IMG/VR virus record: IMGVR_UViG_3300045988_119437 | Span: 72,768 to 136,767 of that record | Source: a virus | Reading direction: 5' to 3' (one strand) | Length of the DNA stretch: 64,000 bases | Translations under genes and position numbers: made by a program | Part shown: one piece after another, positions 55,016-63,925 of the stretch | Layout: each line of letters starts with the position of its first letter | How positions within the stretch are numbered: the first letter of the stretch is position 1 | The notes under the pieces: model-generated | What the model saw: the letters and a program-made list of their open reading frames with translations, nothing else | Told to the model about the DNA's origin: nothing | Database searches by the model: none

Positions 55016-56028
55016 TTGAAAGGATGTGATTTTATAGACTCAAAAGATGTGTTAAAAACCGAATCTGAGCCAGTAGGTTATATTTATATTACAGAAAATT
55101 TAGTTGATGGAAGAAAATACATAGGCCAACATCATTCAAAAGAATTCGATCCATATTATAAAGGATCTGGAAAAATATTAAAACAGGCATTTGATAAATA
55201 TGGATTTAGTAACTTTAAAACGACGATTTTGGAATGGTGCTACTCGGATGAGGAACTAAACGAAAAAGAACGTTATTGGATAAAAGAAAACAATGCAGTA
55301 GAAGATAGATTATTTTACAATATTTTGCCGGGTGGTCTTGGTGTTCAGATGTTTGGGCCAGACAATCATATGTATGGAAAGCACCATACAGAAGAAGCAA
55401 AAGAAAAAATGTCAGATGCTTTGAAGGGGAAAATGGCAGGAGAGAATAATCCAATGTATGGAGTCCATCTTACATACACTCAAGAACAAAAAGATAAAAT
55501 GAGCGAACGAAACAAACGAATGGGGAGATGGGTAGGAGAAGATAATCCTTGGTATGGAAAACCATCACCATTTAAAGGGAAAAAACGTAGTGAAGAGTGG
55601 TGTAAGAAATCTTCTGAAGCTCACAAAGGAATTCACCCTAATATTTCAGAAGAAACAAGAGCTCGTTTAAGTAAAATGCGAAGCGAATGGATGTCTGGAG
55701 AGAAAAACCATTGGTATGGGAAAAGAGGGGCAGAACTTCCATGGTATGGGGAAAAAAGACACCGGAAGAGATAGAAAAGCTAAGACAAGCAAGTTTAGGA
55801 AAGAGAAAAGGAAAAGATAACCCCGCATCTAAGCCTATCTATTCAATGGACGGAAGGTATTTGTTTTGGACAATACAAGAGGTGGCTGACTTTTTAGGAA
55901 AGACATACGGGCAAGCAAGACATGCAATCGACCATGAAAAACAAGTTGACTGTAACGGAGAACAAATAATTTTCACAAGAGACAAATCTAAAGTAAAGGA
56001 GAAGAATTTTCAGGATGAACTACGCTAA
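55016..56028 (+). CDS. GIY-YIG homing endonuclease with NUMOD3 repeats; frameshifted at A6 run (55752-55757)
   Basis: GYIYITENLVDGRKYIGQH...YKGSG GIY-YIG motif; repeated NxxYG(K/V)xH(T/S)EE modules; the -1 frame continues the repeats and the C-terminal DNA-binding region. Confidence 0.7.
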
Positions 56029-56560
56029 AATCGTTCCATGTGATATAGCAAATGGGCCGTCGGTGCGCGTCACACTTTTCGTGCAGGGTTGTGATCATCA
56101 TTGTCCCGGCTGTCAGAATCCTACTACATGGGACCCGAATGGTGGTCAGCCATTCACAGATGAAACGCTTGATAAAATTGTAGATTTACTTCGACCTGAT
56201 TACATTCAGGGACTGACTCTCACTGGTGGAGATCCACTCTTGCCGGAGAATAGAACTACAATCTTTCGTATCTGCAAATGTGTTTACAAAGAGTTTGGGC
56301 GAAAAAAAGATATCTGGTTATGGACGGGGTACACATATGAAGAACTGCGACAAGAATGGATGGAATCATGGGATAGCGTCATTCTTGTCAACATTTTTTC
56401 ATACACAACAGTTCTTGTTGATGGTCCTTTTATTGAGGCGAAAAAAGATATTTCTCTTCCATATATGGGAAGCTCAAATCAGAGGGTGATTGATATTTGG
56501 AGGAGCGCAGGAAAAGATAATCCAGTCCTTTGGTGGACTCCAGAAGAGAAAGGAAAATAA
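56015..56560 (+). CDS. nrdG: anaerobic RNR activating protein NrdG (radical SAM)
   Basis: CDIANGPSVRVTLFVQGCDHHCPGCQN Cys cluster; ATGA overlap. Confidence 0.8.
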   Translation: MNYAKIVPCDIANGPSVRVTLFVQGCDHHCPGCQNPTTWDPNGGQPFTDETLDKIVDLLRPDYIQGLTLTGGDPLLPENRTTIFRICKCVYKEFGRKKDIWLWTGYTYEELRQEWMESWDSVILVNIFSYTTVLVDGPFIEAKKDISLPYMGSSNQRVIDIWRSAGKDNPVLWWTPEEKGK

Positions 56561-56561
56561 T

Positions 56562-57095
56562 ATGGATTTAGGAAACACAACTACTAATCTTGGCTATGGC
56601 ATGAGTCGGATGCCGTATCGCCCCAACATTAAAATCAATAAACTGCACGAAGATGCTCATCTGCCGACTTATGGCTCAAAAAACGCTGCTTGTGCAGACC
56701 TGTATGCTTATATCGGGTTTGATGATGCAACGATGGTAAACAAGAATGGTGACCGCTGCATCATGATTCAGCCGGGTGAAACCGTTAAGGTTCATACTGG
56801 TCTGCGAATGGCTCCGCCGGAAGGTTGGTATGTCGCTATCTATGCTCGCAGCGGTATGGCAACTAAGCTTGGACTTGCTCCTGCGAACAAAATTGGCGTG
56901 TGCGATCAAGATTACCGTGGAGAGTATATCGTTGCGCTACATAACCACTCCAATATCCCGCAGATGATTACTCATGGTGATCGCATTGCTCAGATGGCAG
57001 TTGTTCCATTTTGGCAGGCTGATTTTAAAGAAGTTTCCGAATTGGACGAAACTGAGCGCGGAGCCGGTGGTTTTGGAAGTACCGGAAAACAGTAA
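56562..57095 (+). CDS. dut: dUTP diphosphatase
   Basis: dUTPase motifs SKNAACADL, ARSGMA, RGAGGFGSTG; ATG after AAAGGAAAATAAT. Confidence 0.8.
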   Translation: MDLGNTTTNLGYGMSRMPYRPNIKINKLHEDAHLPTYGSKNAACADLYAYIGFDDATMVNKNGDRCIMIQPGETVKVHTGLRMAPPEGWYVAIYARSGMATKLGLAPANKIGVCDQDYRGEYIVALHNHSNIPQMITHGDRIAQMAVVPFWQADFKEVSELDETERGAGGFGSTGKQ

Positions 57096-57161
57096 GAGAA
57101 TAAAGCTGATGTTTTAAAGAGGGTTAAAGCTAAGGACAGCATCAAGTAAGGAGAATATATA

Positions 57162-57485
57162 ATGAAGTATTATATTATCGAATCTCATTACGAGAAAGAA
57201 GCTCCATTTGGAATTGCATGGCAAGTAAAGCTGTTTGACGAGCACACGCTTTTGGAAGAGTACGACCACATCTTCTATAACGAGATTGCCGGTTACTGTA
57301 AATGTCTTGAGGACATTGGGTTTATTGAAAATGTCGAAGTGAAAGTTGATATTAAAAGCGAATTGAAGAAATTGCAGGAATTCCAGAAGAGCATCGGTGA
57401 AATTATCGCATCGGCTGCAACGCTGGAGAATCCTGCAAAAAGTGTAGAAACACCTTCGATTAGAACGAAATATTCATTCCGGTAA
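57162..57485 (+). CDS. hypothetical protein
   Basis: AAGGAG RBS. Confidence 0.5.
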   Translation: MKYYIIESHYEKEAPFGIAWQVKLFDEHTLLEEYDHIFYNEIAGYCKCLEDIGFIENVEVKVDIKSELKKLQEFQKSIGEIIASAATLENPAKSVETPSIRTKYSFR

Positions 57486-57532
57486 AAGGTAAATTTTATG
57501 GGTGGGTGGGAGGAATAAGAGGATGTGAATGA

Positions 57533-58270
57533 ATGGAACTTTATAATGATGATTGTTTGAAAATTATGCCACAAATCACAGATAAATCTATCGATATGAT
57601 TCTTTGTGACTTGCCCTATGGTGTCACTCATAATAAATGGGATTCTGTGATTCCTTTCGATAAGCTGTGGGAACAATACAACCGAATCATTAAGGATAAT
57701 GGTGCAATCTGTCTATTCGCTGATGGCATGTTTATGGCCGATCTTATGGAAAGCAATCGTAAGATGTGGCGATATAATCTTGTTTGGGACAAAGTTCTTT
57801 CTTCTGGGTTCTTGAATGCAAAGAGAATGCCGCTTCGTAGTACAGAAGAAATCGTAGTCTTTTATAGAAAGCTTCCTACATATAATCCTCAATTCACTGA
57901 AGGCGAGCCACTTCATGGTATGGGAACCAAGTATAAAGAAGGCAACCGTAAAAATAACAATTATGGGAATTTCGATTCTACAAATCAAGCCTCCGCAATG
58001 AGAGTAGGAGATACGAAGAAGTATCCGAAATCGCTGGTGACATTCCAAAGAGCACACAGCTCCGTTATGCTCCATCCAACCGAGAAACCGGTGGCTTTAA
58101 TGGAGTGGCTTATCAACACTTACACAAATAAGGGTGAAACCATTCTTGATAACTGCATGGGAGTTGGAGGAAGCGGTATTGCTGCTAAAAATCTTGAACG
58201 AAATTACATTGGTATAGAACTTGACCAAAAATATTTTAAGATTGCTAAAGAAAGAATCGAGGCGGCATGA
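57533..58270 (+). CDS. DNA N6-adenine/N4-cytosine methyltransferase (beta-class, DPPY)
   Basis: DLPYG catalytic motif near the N-terminus; AdoMet motif CMGVGGSG near the C-terminus. Confidence 0.75.
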   Translation: MELYNDDCLKIMPQITDKSIDMILCDLPYGVTHNKWDSVIPFDKLWEQYNRIIKDNGAICLFADGMFMADLMESNRKMWRYNLVWDKVLSSGFLNAKRMPLRSTEEIVVFYRKLPTYNPQFTEGEPLHGMGTKYKEGNRKNNNYGNFDSTNQASAMRVGDTKKYPKSLVTFQRAHSSVMLHPTEKPVALMEWLINTYTNKGETILDNCMGVGGSGIAAKNLERNYIGIELDQKYFKIAKERIEAA

Positions 58271-58479
58271 AAGCACATATTCGAGAAGAAAAGAAACCAA
58301 TTGAGCTTGGGAAGGGAACACTGTTCGTTAAGAATGACGGAGAGTTTAACAAGCTCTGCGATACAGCAGAATATGATGAAACGCATACTGACGATGAAGT
58401 TATCAAGGTTTCTTTATCTGAAGAAAATATGATTGTTGGGGAGAACTTTTTTAGTGCCCCATTTGTGTTTGTAGATTGA
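58267..58479 (+). CDS. hypothetical protein
   Basis: ATGA overlap. Confidence 0.45.
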   Translation: MKAHIREEKKPIELGKGTLFVKNDGEFNKLCDTAEYDETHTDDEVIKVSLSEENMIVGENFFSAPFVFVD

Positions 58480-58488
58480 GGTATTAGT

Positions 58489-58719
58489 ATGCATAAAACT
58501 GACAGCTTGAAAAATCCAGTAATTGTATTCCCTTGTAAGAACTGCGGTTGTACAACTAAGATTAGAGTAGCTTCTTTTGAAAATCCTGACTTGGATATTC
58601 CTGAGAATAATGTGATTGGATGCTATAGATGTAGAGCAGAAGTTGCCGGGACTGAGTTTATTTCTTGGAAAGAAGCAAACAAAAATATTTTTACCGTGGA
58701 GGTGCCTGATGGCAACTAA
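58489..58719 (+). CDS. zinc-ribbon small protein (paralog family)
   Basis: CKNCGC...CYRC. Confidence 0.5.
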   Translation: MHKTDSLKNPVIVFPCKNCGCTTKIRVASFENPDLDIPENNVIGCYRCRAEVAGTEFISWKEANKNIFTVEVPDGN

Positions 58720-59042
58720 AATTGTAAAGCGCGGCCACGAGCAAGAACCTCAAAAATTTGCAGTTGAATTCAAGTGTCCTCATTGTCATTGTGATTTTTA
58801 TGCTGACGACACATTTCGACTCAATCTATAAGGACTATTATGCTACAGCTGCCAATTTTGAGTTGCGATACACTTGTCCTGAATGTGGTGAAACCGCAAA
58901 GCAAATTGATATTGCAGATTATAATGAAGTATTTGGCAAGCAGACCTTCTTTGAATGGCTGAGGTCTATTTTTGAAACACCGCTAGGTAGATACTATAGG
59001 ATTCAGAAAGTCTTAAAGAGTTTGAGCGAAGGAGAAGAATAA
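58709..59042 (+). CDS. zinc-ribbon small protein (paralog), apparently frameshifted at T5 run (58795-58799)
   Basis: CPHCHCDFYADD in frame a and YTCPECGETAKQ in frame a+1 together match the layout of paralog 59042. Confidence 0.4.
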
Positions 59043-59257
59043 TGGCAATCAAAATTATTGAACACAGAAAGGAACCGGTAAAGCTGGCGTATCATTTTGT
59101 ATGTGATTGCGGGTGTGAGTTTTGGTCTGATAATAGTGAAGATATGTTGATGGCACGAAGTCTTGACCCGTACTATGAAATTAAATGCCCGGAGTGTGAA
59201 CACTGGGTAAGAAGTTATGATCGTCCTATTTTAAGAAGCGAAATCTTTGGGAATTAA
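59042..59257 (+). CDS. zinc-ribbon small protein (paralog family)
   Basis: CDCGCEF...CPECEHW; TAATG overlap. Confidence 0.5.
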   Translation: MAIKIIEHRKEPVKLAYHFVCDCGCEFWSDNSEDMLMARSLDPYYEIKCPECEHWVRSYDRPILRSEIFGN

Positions 59258-59280
59258 AATGTATGTTTTAGGAGAATTCG

Positions 59281-59517
59281 ATGTGGATAAAAACTGAAGA
59301 CGAACCAATCCCTGCTTATGGACAGAACAACAAAACATTTCGGCTACTACTTCAATTTCACGAATATTATGGGTATGAACCATACGGGAATGATAATATT
59401 TGTGTCATGGCAATTTGGGATAGTACAAATGAATGCTTCTTTGAAAAAGAAACTAGATTGCGAATCCGAAATGAAGATATTTATATGTGGTGGAAAAATG
59501 AGCAAACATTGGTATGA
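59281..59517 (+). CDS. hypothetical protein
   Basis: AGGAG RBS. Confidence 0.45.
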   Translation: MWIKTEDEPIPAYGQNNKTFRLLLQFHEYYGYEPYGNDNICVMAIWDSTNECFFEKETRLRIRNEDIYMWWKNEQTLV

Positions 59518-59821
59518 CGAGTGGGAAATCACTGGTGTCACATTCGATACATCTGATAATCTAAATAAGAAATTTTTCAAGCCGGTTTATATAATGCCAG
59601 ATGGGGACATCGTGGCTTGCGATGGAACTCACGATTTTAATTATGATCCTAACAAAGAAATTCAAATTGTCCCAAAAGAATCTATTCCATTTTATGGTAA
59701 GCCGACAGAACCTGCCGTTTATCGTGATGATTATGGCAACTGTGTGGATGTTGACGGTAGTCCTCTCGGTATGAAATGGGACGACTTTATGGAGAAACGG
59801 TTACGAATGGTAAATAAATAA
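59498..59821 (+). CDS. hypothetical protein
   Basis: ATG 59498 after GTGGTGGAAAA; overlaps upstream gene end. Confidence 0.45.
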   Translation: MSKHWYDEWEITGVTFDTSDNLNKKFFKPVYIMPDGDIVACDGTHDFNYDPNKEIQIVPKESIPFYGKPTEPAVYRDDYGNCVDVDGSPLGMKWDDFMEKRLRMVNK

Positions 59822-59885
59822 CGTATCATCGCTATAAAAATTAGCGAAAAATACGGTAAAACTAGACTTTTATGAGGTAGATTGA

Positions 59886-60347
59886 ATGGACAATAGATTT
59901 TCAATCGAAAAGAATCACTGGGAAATACAAAATCCAGAATGGGAAAGCTATTCTCATTTCATCTGCACTAAAGACCATTATTGGACTGGTGTACACGGTA
60001 TCAGCAACTATTTTCTTCAATATAAGAATTTTGGCAGAAGTAAACCAGTCGAACGATTTTCTGTAGAATGGCCGAACTTCGTAGAGCACATGTGGTTTAT
60101 CCATTGGCGTGGCCCATGGGATTATATTTTTGCTTCATATAAATTATCCGAAATCAAACGATTTTTAGAACTTGATATTGATGCTATTAAAAAGAACCAT
60201 TGGCCGGATGGCCGCTGCACTTGCTACAGTATTTATGACTACGTGACGAAAAAATGGTACTATTTTAAAATCGAAAATTTGGGAACATTTTATGGATGCA
60301 CGTGGCCGTTGGGTGATGATACGGGGGAGGTGATTAGTTGTGACTAA
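59886..60347 (+). CDS. hypothetical protein (Trp-rich)
   Basis: GAGG RBS. Confidence 0.55.
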   Translation: MDNRFSIEKNHWEIQNPEWESYSHFICTKDHYWTGVHGISNYFLQYKNFGRSKPVERFSVEWPNFVEHMWFIHWRGPWDYIFASYKLSEIKRFLELDIDAIKKNHWPDGRCTCYSIYDYVTKKWYYFKIENLGTFYGCTWPLGDDTGEVISCD

Positions 60348-60831
60348 ACAAATAGGCTATTATAGATCCGACTGGTACATTATGGGCATCGACGGAAAAT
60401 ATAACAACGCCTGTATCTCACATACAGAATCGCAGCTTCGATATACAGTTCCAAGGTCGCCAGAATGGACTATCAATGGATTGAGTTTTACTTACCTTAG
60501 AGAACATGGATTTGAAGATTATCCTGAACTCTATGGTATTGTATTCTATGATATGGAATGGTGGCGAAGAAAACGCTATCCGGGTGACTTTTATGTAGAG
60601 ATACCAATTTGTGATTTGTGTGCAGATGCATTTCATTTAAAATGGTGTTGCAAGGAATTTCGTGTACATCAATGGTCTAACTTGCGTAAAGAAACAAAAT
60701 GGGTGAAAGGCAGAAGCAGTTACACTATTTGTGAACTTGCACATAAGTTGCCACACGAAGAATTTATAGAATATCTTAAAGACAACGGCATCTATATTGT
60801 AAACGAAGGTGGTGTTGAACTTGGATGGTAA
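60340..60831 (+). CDS. hypothetical protein
   Basis: Overlapping start. Confidence 0.55.
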   Translation: MTKQIGYYRSDWYIMGIDGKYNNACISHTESQLRYTVPRSPEWTINGLSFTYLREHGFEDYPELYGIVFYDMEWWRRKRYPGDFYVEIPICDLCADAFHLKWCCKEFRVHQWSNLRKETKWVKGRSSYTICELAHKLPHEEFIEYLKDNGIYIVNEGGVELGW

Positions 60832-61024
60832 AGAATTAGGGTTTTATAAAGACCAAACAGAATATTATAAAAGATCAATCGAAGATCTACTGCACCATTA
60901 TACTGATAGCTGTGGCATGTGTACGGTTAATTTAGATTGCAGTGAATGCGTTGTTGATGGTTTTATCAATCAGCTACGAAATATTCTGTATAGTAGTAGT
61001 GAGTATAAAGGAGAAAACATATGA
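60809..61024 (+). CDS. hypothetical Cys-rich protein
   Basis: ORF. Confidence 0.45.
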   Translation: MVLNLDGKELGFYKDQTEYYKRSIEDLLHHYTDSCGMCTVNLDCSECVVDGFINQLRNILYSSSEYKGENI

Positions 61025-61431
61025 AGCTGCTTTTACAGTCTAATGGAGGATTTTCTGGATTCTATAGTAGATTTATTTTGATTGATACAGACCTACACAA
61101 AATGGTAAAAACGGATAGCCTCATGAAAGATGGTCTAACTGGAATAAAATATATTTGGGACTATATCGATAATGAGAAGATTCCAGATATTGATGATTTT
61201 GGTAAATCTCTTTGTCAGGATTTCAATTATGATATTTCATTACTTGAATGTTTTTTACCGACCGCCAAAGTTGTCACTAATGAGTCCATCATAATGAACG
61301 ACATCAATTATGATGTTTATCTATCATCTGAAAACGTTCCGTACAGAAAGTTCAGATTGAATTCTTCATCATATCTTGAAAATGACGCTCTCAGCGCAAA
61401 GCTTAGGAAACTATTTCAGACATTCTTATAA
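61021..61431 (+). CDS. hypothetical protein
   Basis: ATGA overlap. Confidence 0.5.
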   Translation: MKLLLQSNGGFSGFYSRFILIDTDLHKMVKTDSLMKDGLTGIKYIWDYIDNEKIPDIDDFGKSLCQDFNYDISLLECFLPTAKVVTNESIIMNDINYDVYLSSENVPYRKFRLNSSSYLENDALSAKLRKLFQTFL

Positions 61432-61443
61432 AGGAGACTCACA

Positions 61444-62262
61444 ATGATTATTGACTGCAAATCTATCGCACAGGATATCAAAAATAAAATCAAGAATGTC
61501 ATCGCAGAAGATGACTATGCTCCTATTTTACATATTTATCAAGTAGGGGACAACCCTGCATCCAATGCTTATATTCGCGGCAAGCTGCGTGACTGTGAAG
61601 AGGTTGGAATCGGAGTGGAGCTTGTCAAACTGCCAGAAAATATTACCGAAGATGAATTGAACAACAAGATCTTAGAAGATTATAATTGGGAATATGTGGA
61701 CGGTATCATTGTTCAGCTTCCGTTGCCAAAACATATCGACCCTAAAAATATTTGTATTCCAGATGAACTTGACGTTGATGGCTTTAATTCTACATCTAAA
61801 TTTCAGCCCTGCACTCCGCTGGGCGTTATGAAGATTTTTGACTCCATCGGTTACGATCTGGATGGCAAGAATGTACTCGTATGCGGTCAATCTGATATTG
61901 TTGGTCGTCCGCTGGTTGATATGCTGATTAAACGGCACTGTAATGTGATCTCTGTGAATAGCACGGGTTCCCGCATGAAGGCCACTACTCTTGGATTTGA
62001 AATGGTCGATGTGGTCATCTCTGCTGTGGGCAAGCGCAACTTTATCACACCGTTTGGTCTTGATCGGGTTGAAGTCTGCATCGATGTTGGCATCAACTAT
62101 GACGAGAACGGAAAGCAACACGGCGACTGTGCCGATGATATTTATGAGATGGAAGATATCAAAGTAACCCCTCGTATCGGCGGAGTTGGCCTTATGACAC
62201 GTGCTATGCTACTTTACAATGTATGTGTGGCAAGGTATGGAGAAGAGAAGATGGAGAGGTGA
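61444..62262 (+). CDS. folD: bifunctional methylenetetrahydrofolate dehydrogenase/cyclohydrolase FolD
   Basis: YQVGDNPASNAYIRGKLRDCEEVGI, DVDGF and PCTPLGV signature segments. Confidence 0.8.
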   Translation: MIIDCKSIAQDIKNKIKNVIAEDDYAPILHIYQVGDNPASNAYIRGKLRDCEEVGIGVELVKLPENITEDELNNKILEDYNWEYVDGIIVQLPLPKHIDPKNICIPDELDVDGFNSTSKFQPCTPLGVMKIFDSIGYDLDGKNVLVCGQSDIVGRPLVDMLIKRHCNVISVNSTGSRMKATTLGFEMVDVVISAVGKRNFITPFGLDRVEVCIDVGINYDENGKQHGDCADDIYEMEDIKVTPRIGGVGLMTRAMLLYNVCVARYGEEKMER

Positions 62263-62266
62263 TTGA

Positions 62267-62461
62267 ATGAAGGAAGTCCCAATTTGGGAAAAGACGACCC
62301 TGACGTTAGATGAAGCGGCTGCTTACACGGGGATTGGGGTCTGCCGACTAAGAGCGATTACTGATGATGAAAACTGTCCATTGGTACTTTGGGTGGGGAA
62401 TAAACGTCTTATCAAACGTAAAGCTCTCGAAAAATATATAGATCAAACGTATTCTGTTTGA
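62267..62461 (+). CDS. xis: excisionase-family DNA-binding protein (Xis-like)
   Basis: 64 aa; LTLDEAAAYTGIGVCRLRAI helix-turn-helix typical of Tn916/phage Xis. Confidence 0.6.
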   Translation: MKEVPIWEKTTLTLDEAAAYTGIGVCRLRAITDDENCPLVLWVGNKRLIKRKALEKYIDQTYSV

Positions 62462-62534
62462 AATATAGGCTCTGATGTGGTATACTCATGGTGTCACACC
62501 AGAGCTTCTTATATAACGTAAGGAGTTCTGCATC

Positions 62535-63701
62535 ATGATAAGACGTAAAGATAATAATGGCAAAGTTTTAAAAGACGGCGAGAGCCAGAGAAAGGATGGG
62601 AGATACCAATATAGATGGACAAACAAACTTGGAAAACGCTCAATAATATACGCCACTTCACTTAAAGAATTGAGAGAAAAAGAAGCTGAAATCCAAGAAA
62701 AACTTAATTTGGGTATAACGTCTACTTCAAAAATCACAGTGTACCAATTAGCAAAAAGACATCTCGAAGAAACAAAACTTACTATTAGGCCAAGCAGCTA
62801 TAAAACAAAATCGCAGAATTTGAAAATCTTTCAGAATCACCTAATTGGGGAAATGAATGCAACTGATATTTTAGTGCGCGATGTAAAACAATTTGCACGA
62901 GAATTGGATAACGAAGGATATTGTTATACAACAATCAGAGATGTCATGTCTTTAGCTAGACCGGCATTTCAAGAAATGTTTGATGAGAATATAATTCCTA
63001 GAAATCCATTCGTTTTTAAATTAAATACAGTTGTCAAATGTGACTCAAAAGAAAAAGAAATATTAACAGAAGAGCAGTATCAAAATCTGATCAAGTTCAT
63101 GAAATCTAGTCGAGTATATAAAAGGCATGTTGGCATGGTGATGCTTTTGCACGAGACCGGACTTCGAGCAGGAGAATTATGCGGGCTAACAAAAAAGTCA
63201 TTTGATTTTGATAACAACACTGTTACTATATCTCATCAGATGGTGTACGATGGAAAGAGCGGCGGGCTGTATTTAGCACCTACAAAAACAGAAAGTGGGA
63301 TAAGGACTATCCCATTATCTAAAGACGCCATCATTGCTTTTGAAGAAGCGATAAAACAACGTCCGATTGTAAAAGCAGAGAGAATAATAGATGGGCAAGC
63401 CGACTTCTTGTTCATAGCAAAAACTGGAAGGCCCTATACGAATAAAAACCTTGTTAGAATTTTTGAAGGACTAATCAAAGCCTATAATAGTTGCCATGAT
63501 GAACCATTGCCTGAAGTCACTGCCCATAGTATGCGCCACGAATATTGTACACGGCTTGTCAAAGCCAAGATGGATGTTAAATCGGTTCAATACCTCATGG
63601 GACATTCGTCGCCCGATATAACCTTGAAAGTGTATACTCATATCTTAAAAGAAGAGACCGAAGCAGAGGCAATCAAACAGTTTAATAGGATTGTTTCCTA
63701 A
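62535..63701 (+). CDS. int: tyrosine integrase (Tn916/phage Int family) with N-terminal arm-binding domain
   Basis: N-terminal RKDGRYQYRWT; catalytic LRAGELCGL, HSMRHEY, LKVYTH. Confidence 0.8.
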   Translation: MIRRKDNNGKVLKDGESQRKDGRYQYRWTNKLGKRSIIYATSLKELREKEAEIQEKLNLGITSTSKITVYQLAKRHLEETKLTIRPSSYKTKSQNLKIFQNHLIGEMNATDILVRDVKQFARELDNEGYCYTTIRDVMSLARPAFQEMFDENIIPRNPFVFKLNTVVKCDSKEKEILTEEQYQNLIKFMKSSRVYKRHVGMVMLLHETGLRAGELCGLTKKSFDFDNNTVTISHQMVYDGKSGGLYLAPTKTESGIRTIPLSKDAIIAFEEAIKQRPIVKAERIIDGQADFLFIAKTGRPYTNKNLVRIFEGLIKAYNSCHDEPLPEVTAHSMRHEYCTRLVKAKMDVKSVQYLMGHSSPDITLKVYTHILKEETEAEAIKQFNRIVS

Positions 63702-63704
63702 TTA

Positions 63705-63727
63705 TTTGACACCAATTTTGACACCAA
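63705..63727 (+). repeat. tandem direct repeat TTTGACACCAA x2 immediately after int
   Basis: Two adjacent 11-mers at 63705-63715 and 63717-63727. Confidence 0.5.
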
Positions 63728-63740
63728 ATCTTCAAAAGAT

Positions 63741-63848
63741 ATATAGACTTACGGAGATTTGCATAGAGTCCATTTTGGAATGGCAAAAACGACTTCGAAA
63801 TAATGTCGCAATATCGATAAATATAGACTTATAGAGATTTGCATAGAC
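63741..63848 (+). repeat. pair of 28-nt imperfect direct repeats (candidate Int arm-type sites / att region)
   Basis: ATATAGACTTACGGAGATTTGCATAGAG (63741-63768) and ATATAGACTTATAGAGATTTGCATAGAC (63821-63848). Confidence 0.5.
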
Positions 63849-63852
63849 CATC

Positions 63853-63881
63853 TTGAAAAAAAGTAGGAAGTAAGGTATAAT
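63853..63881 (+). promoter_or_regulatory. sigma70-type promoter (TTGAAA-17-TATAAT) for the downstream gene
   Basis: TTGAAA 63853-63858, TATAAT 63876-63881, then AGCAGGAGG RBS. Confidence 0.5.
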
Positions 63882-63925
63882 ATACCTAATTTTGAAACTC
63901 ACACAGATAAGCAGGAGGTCTTACC

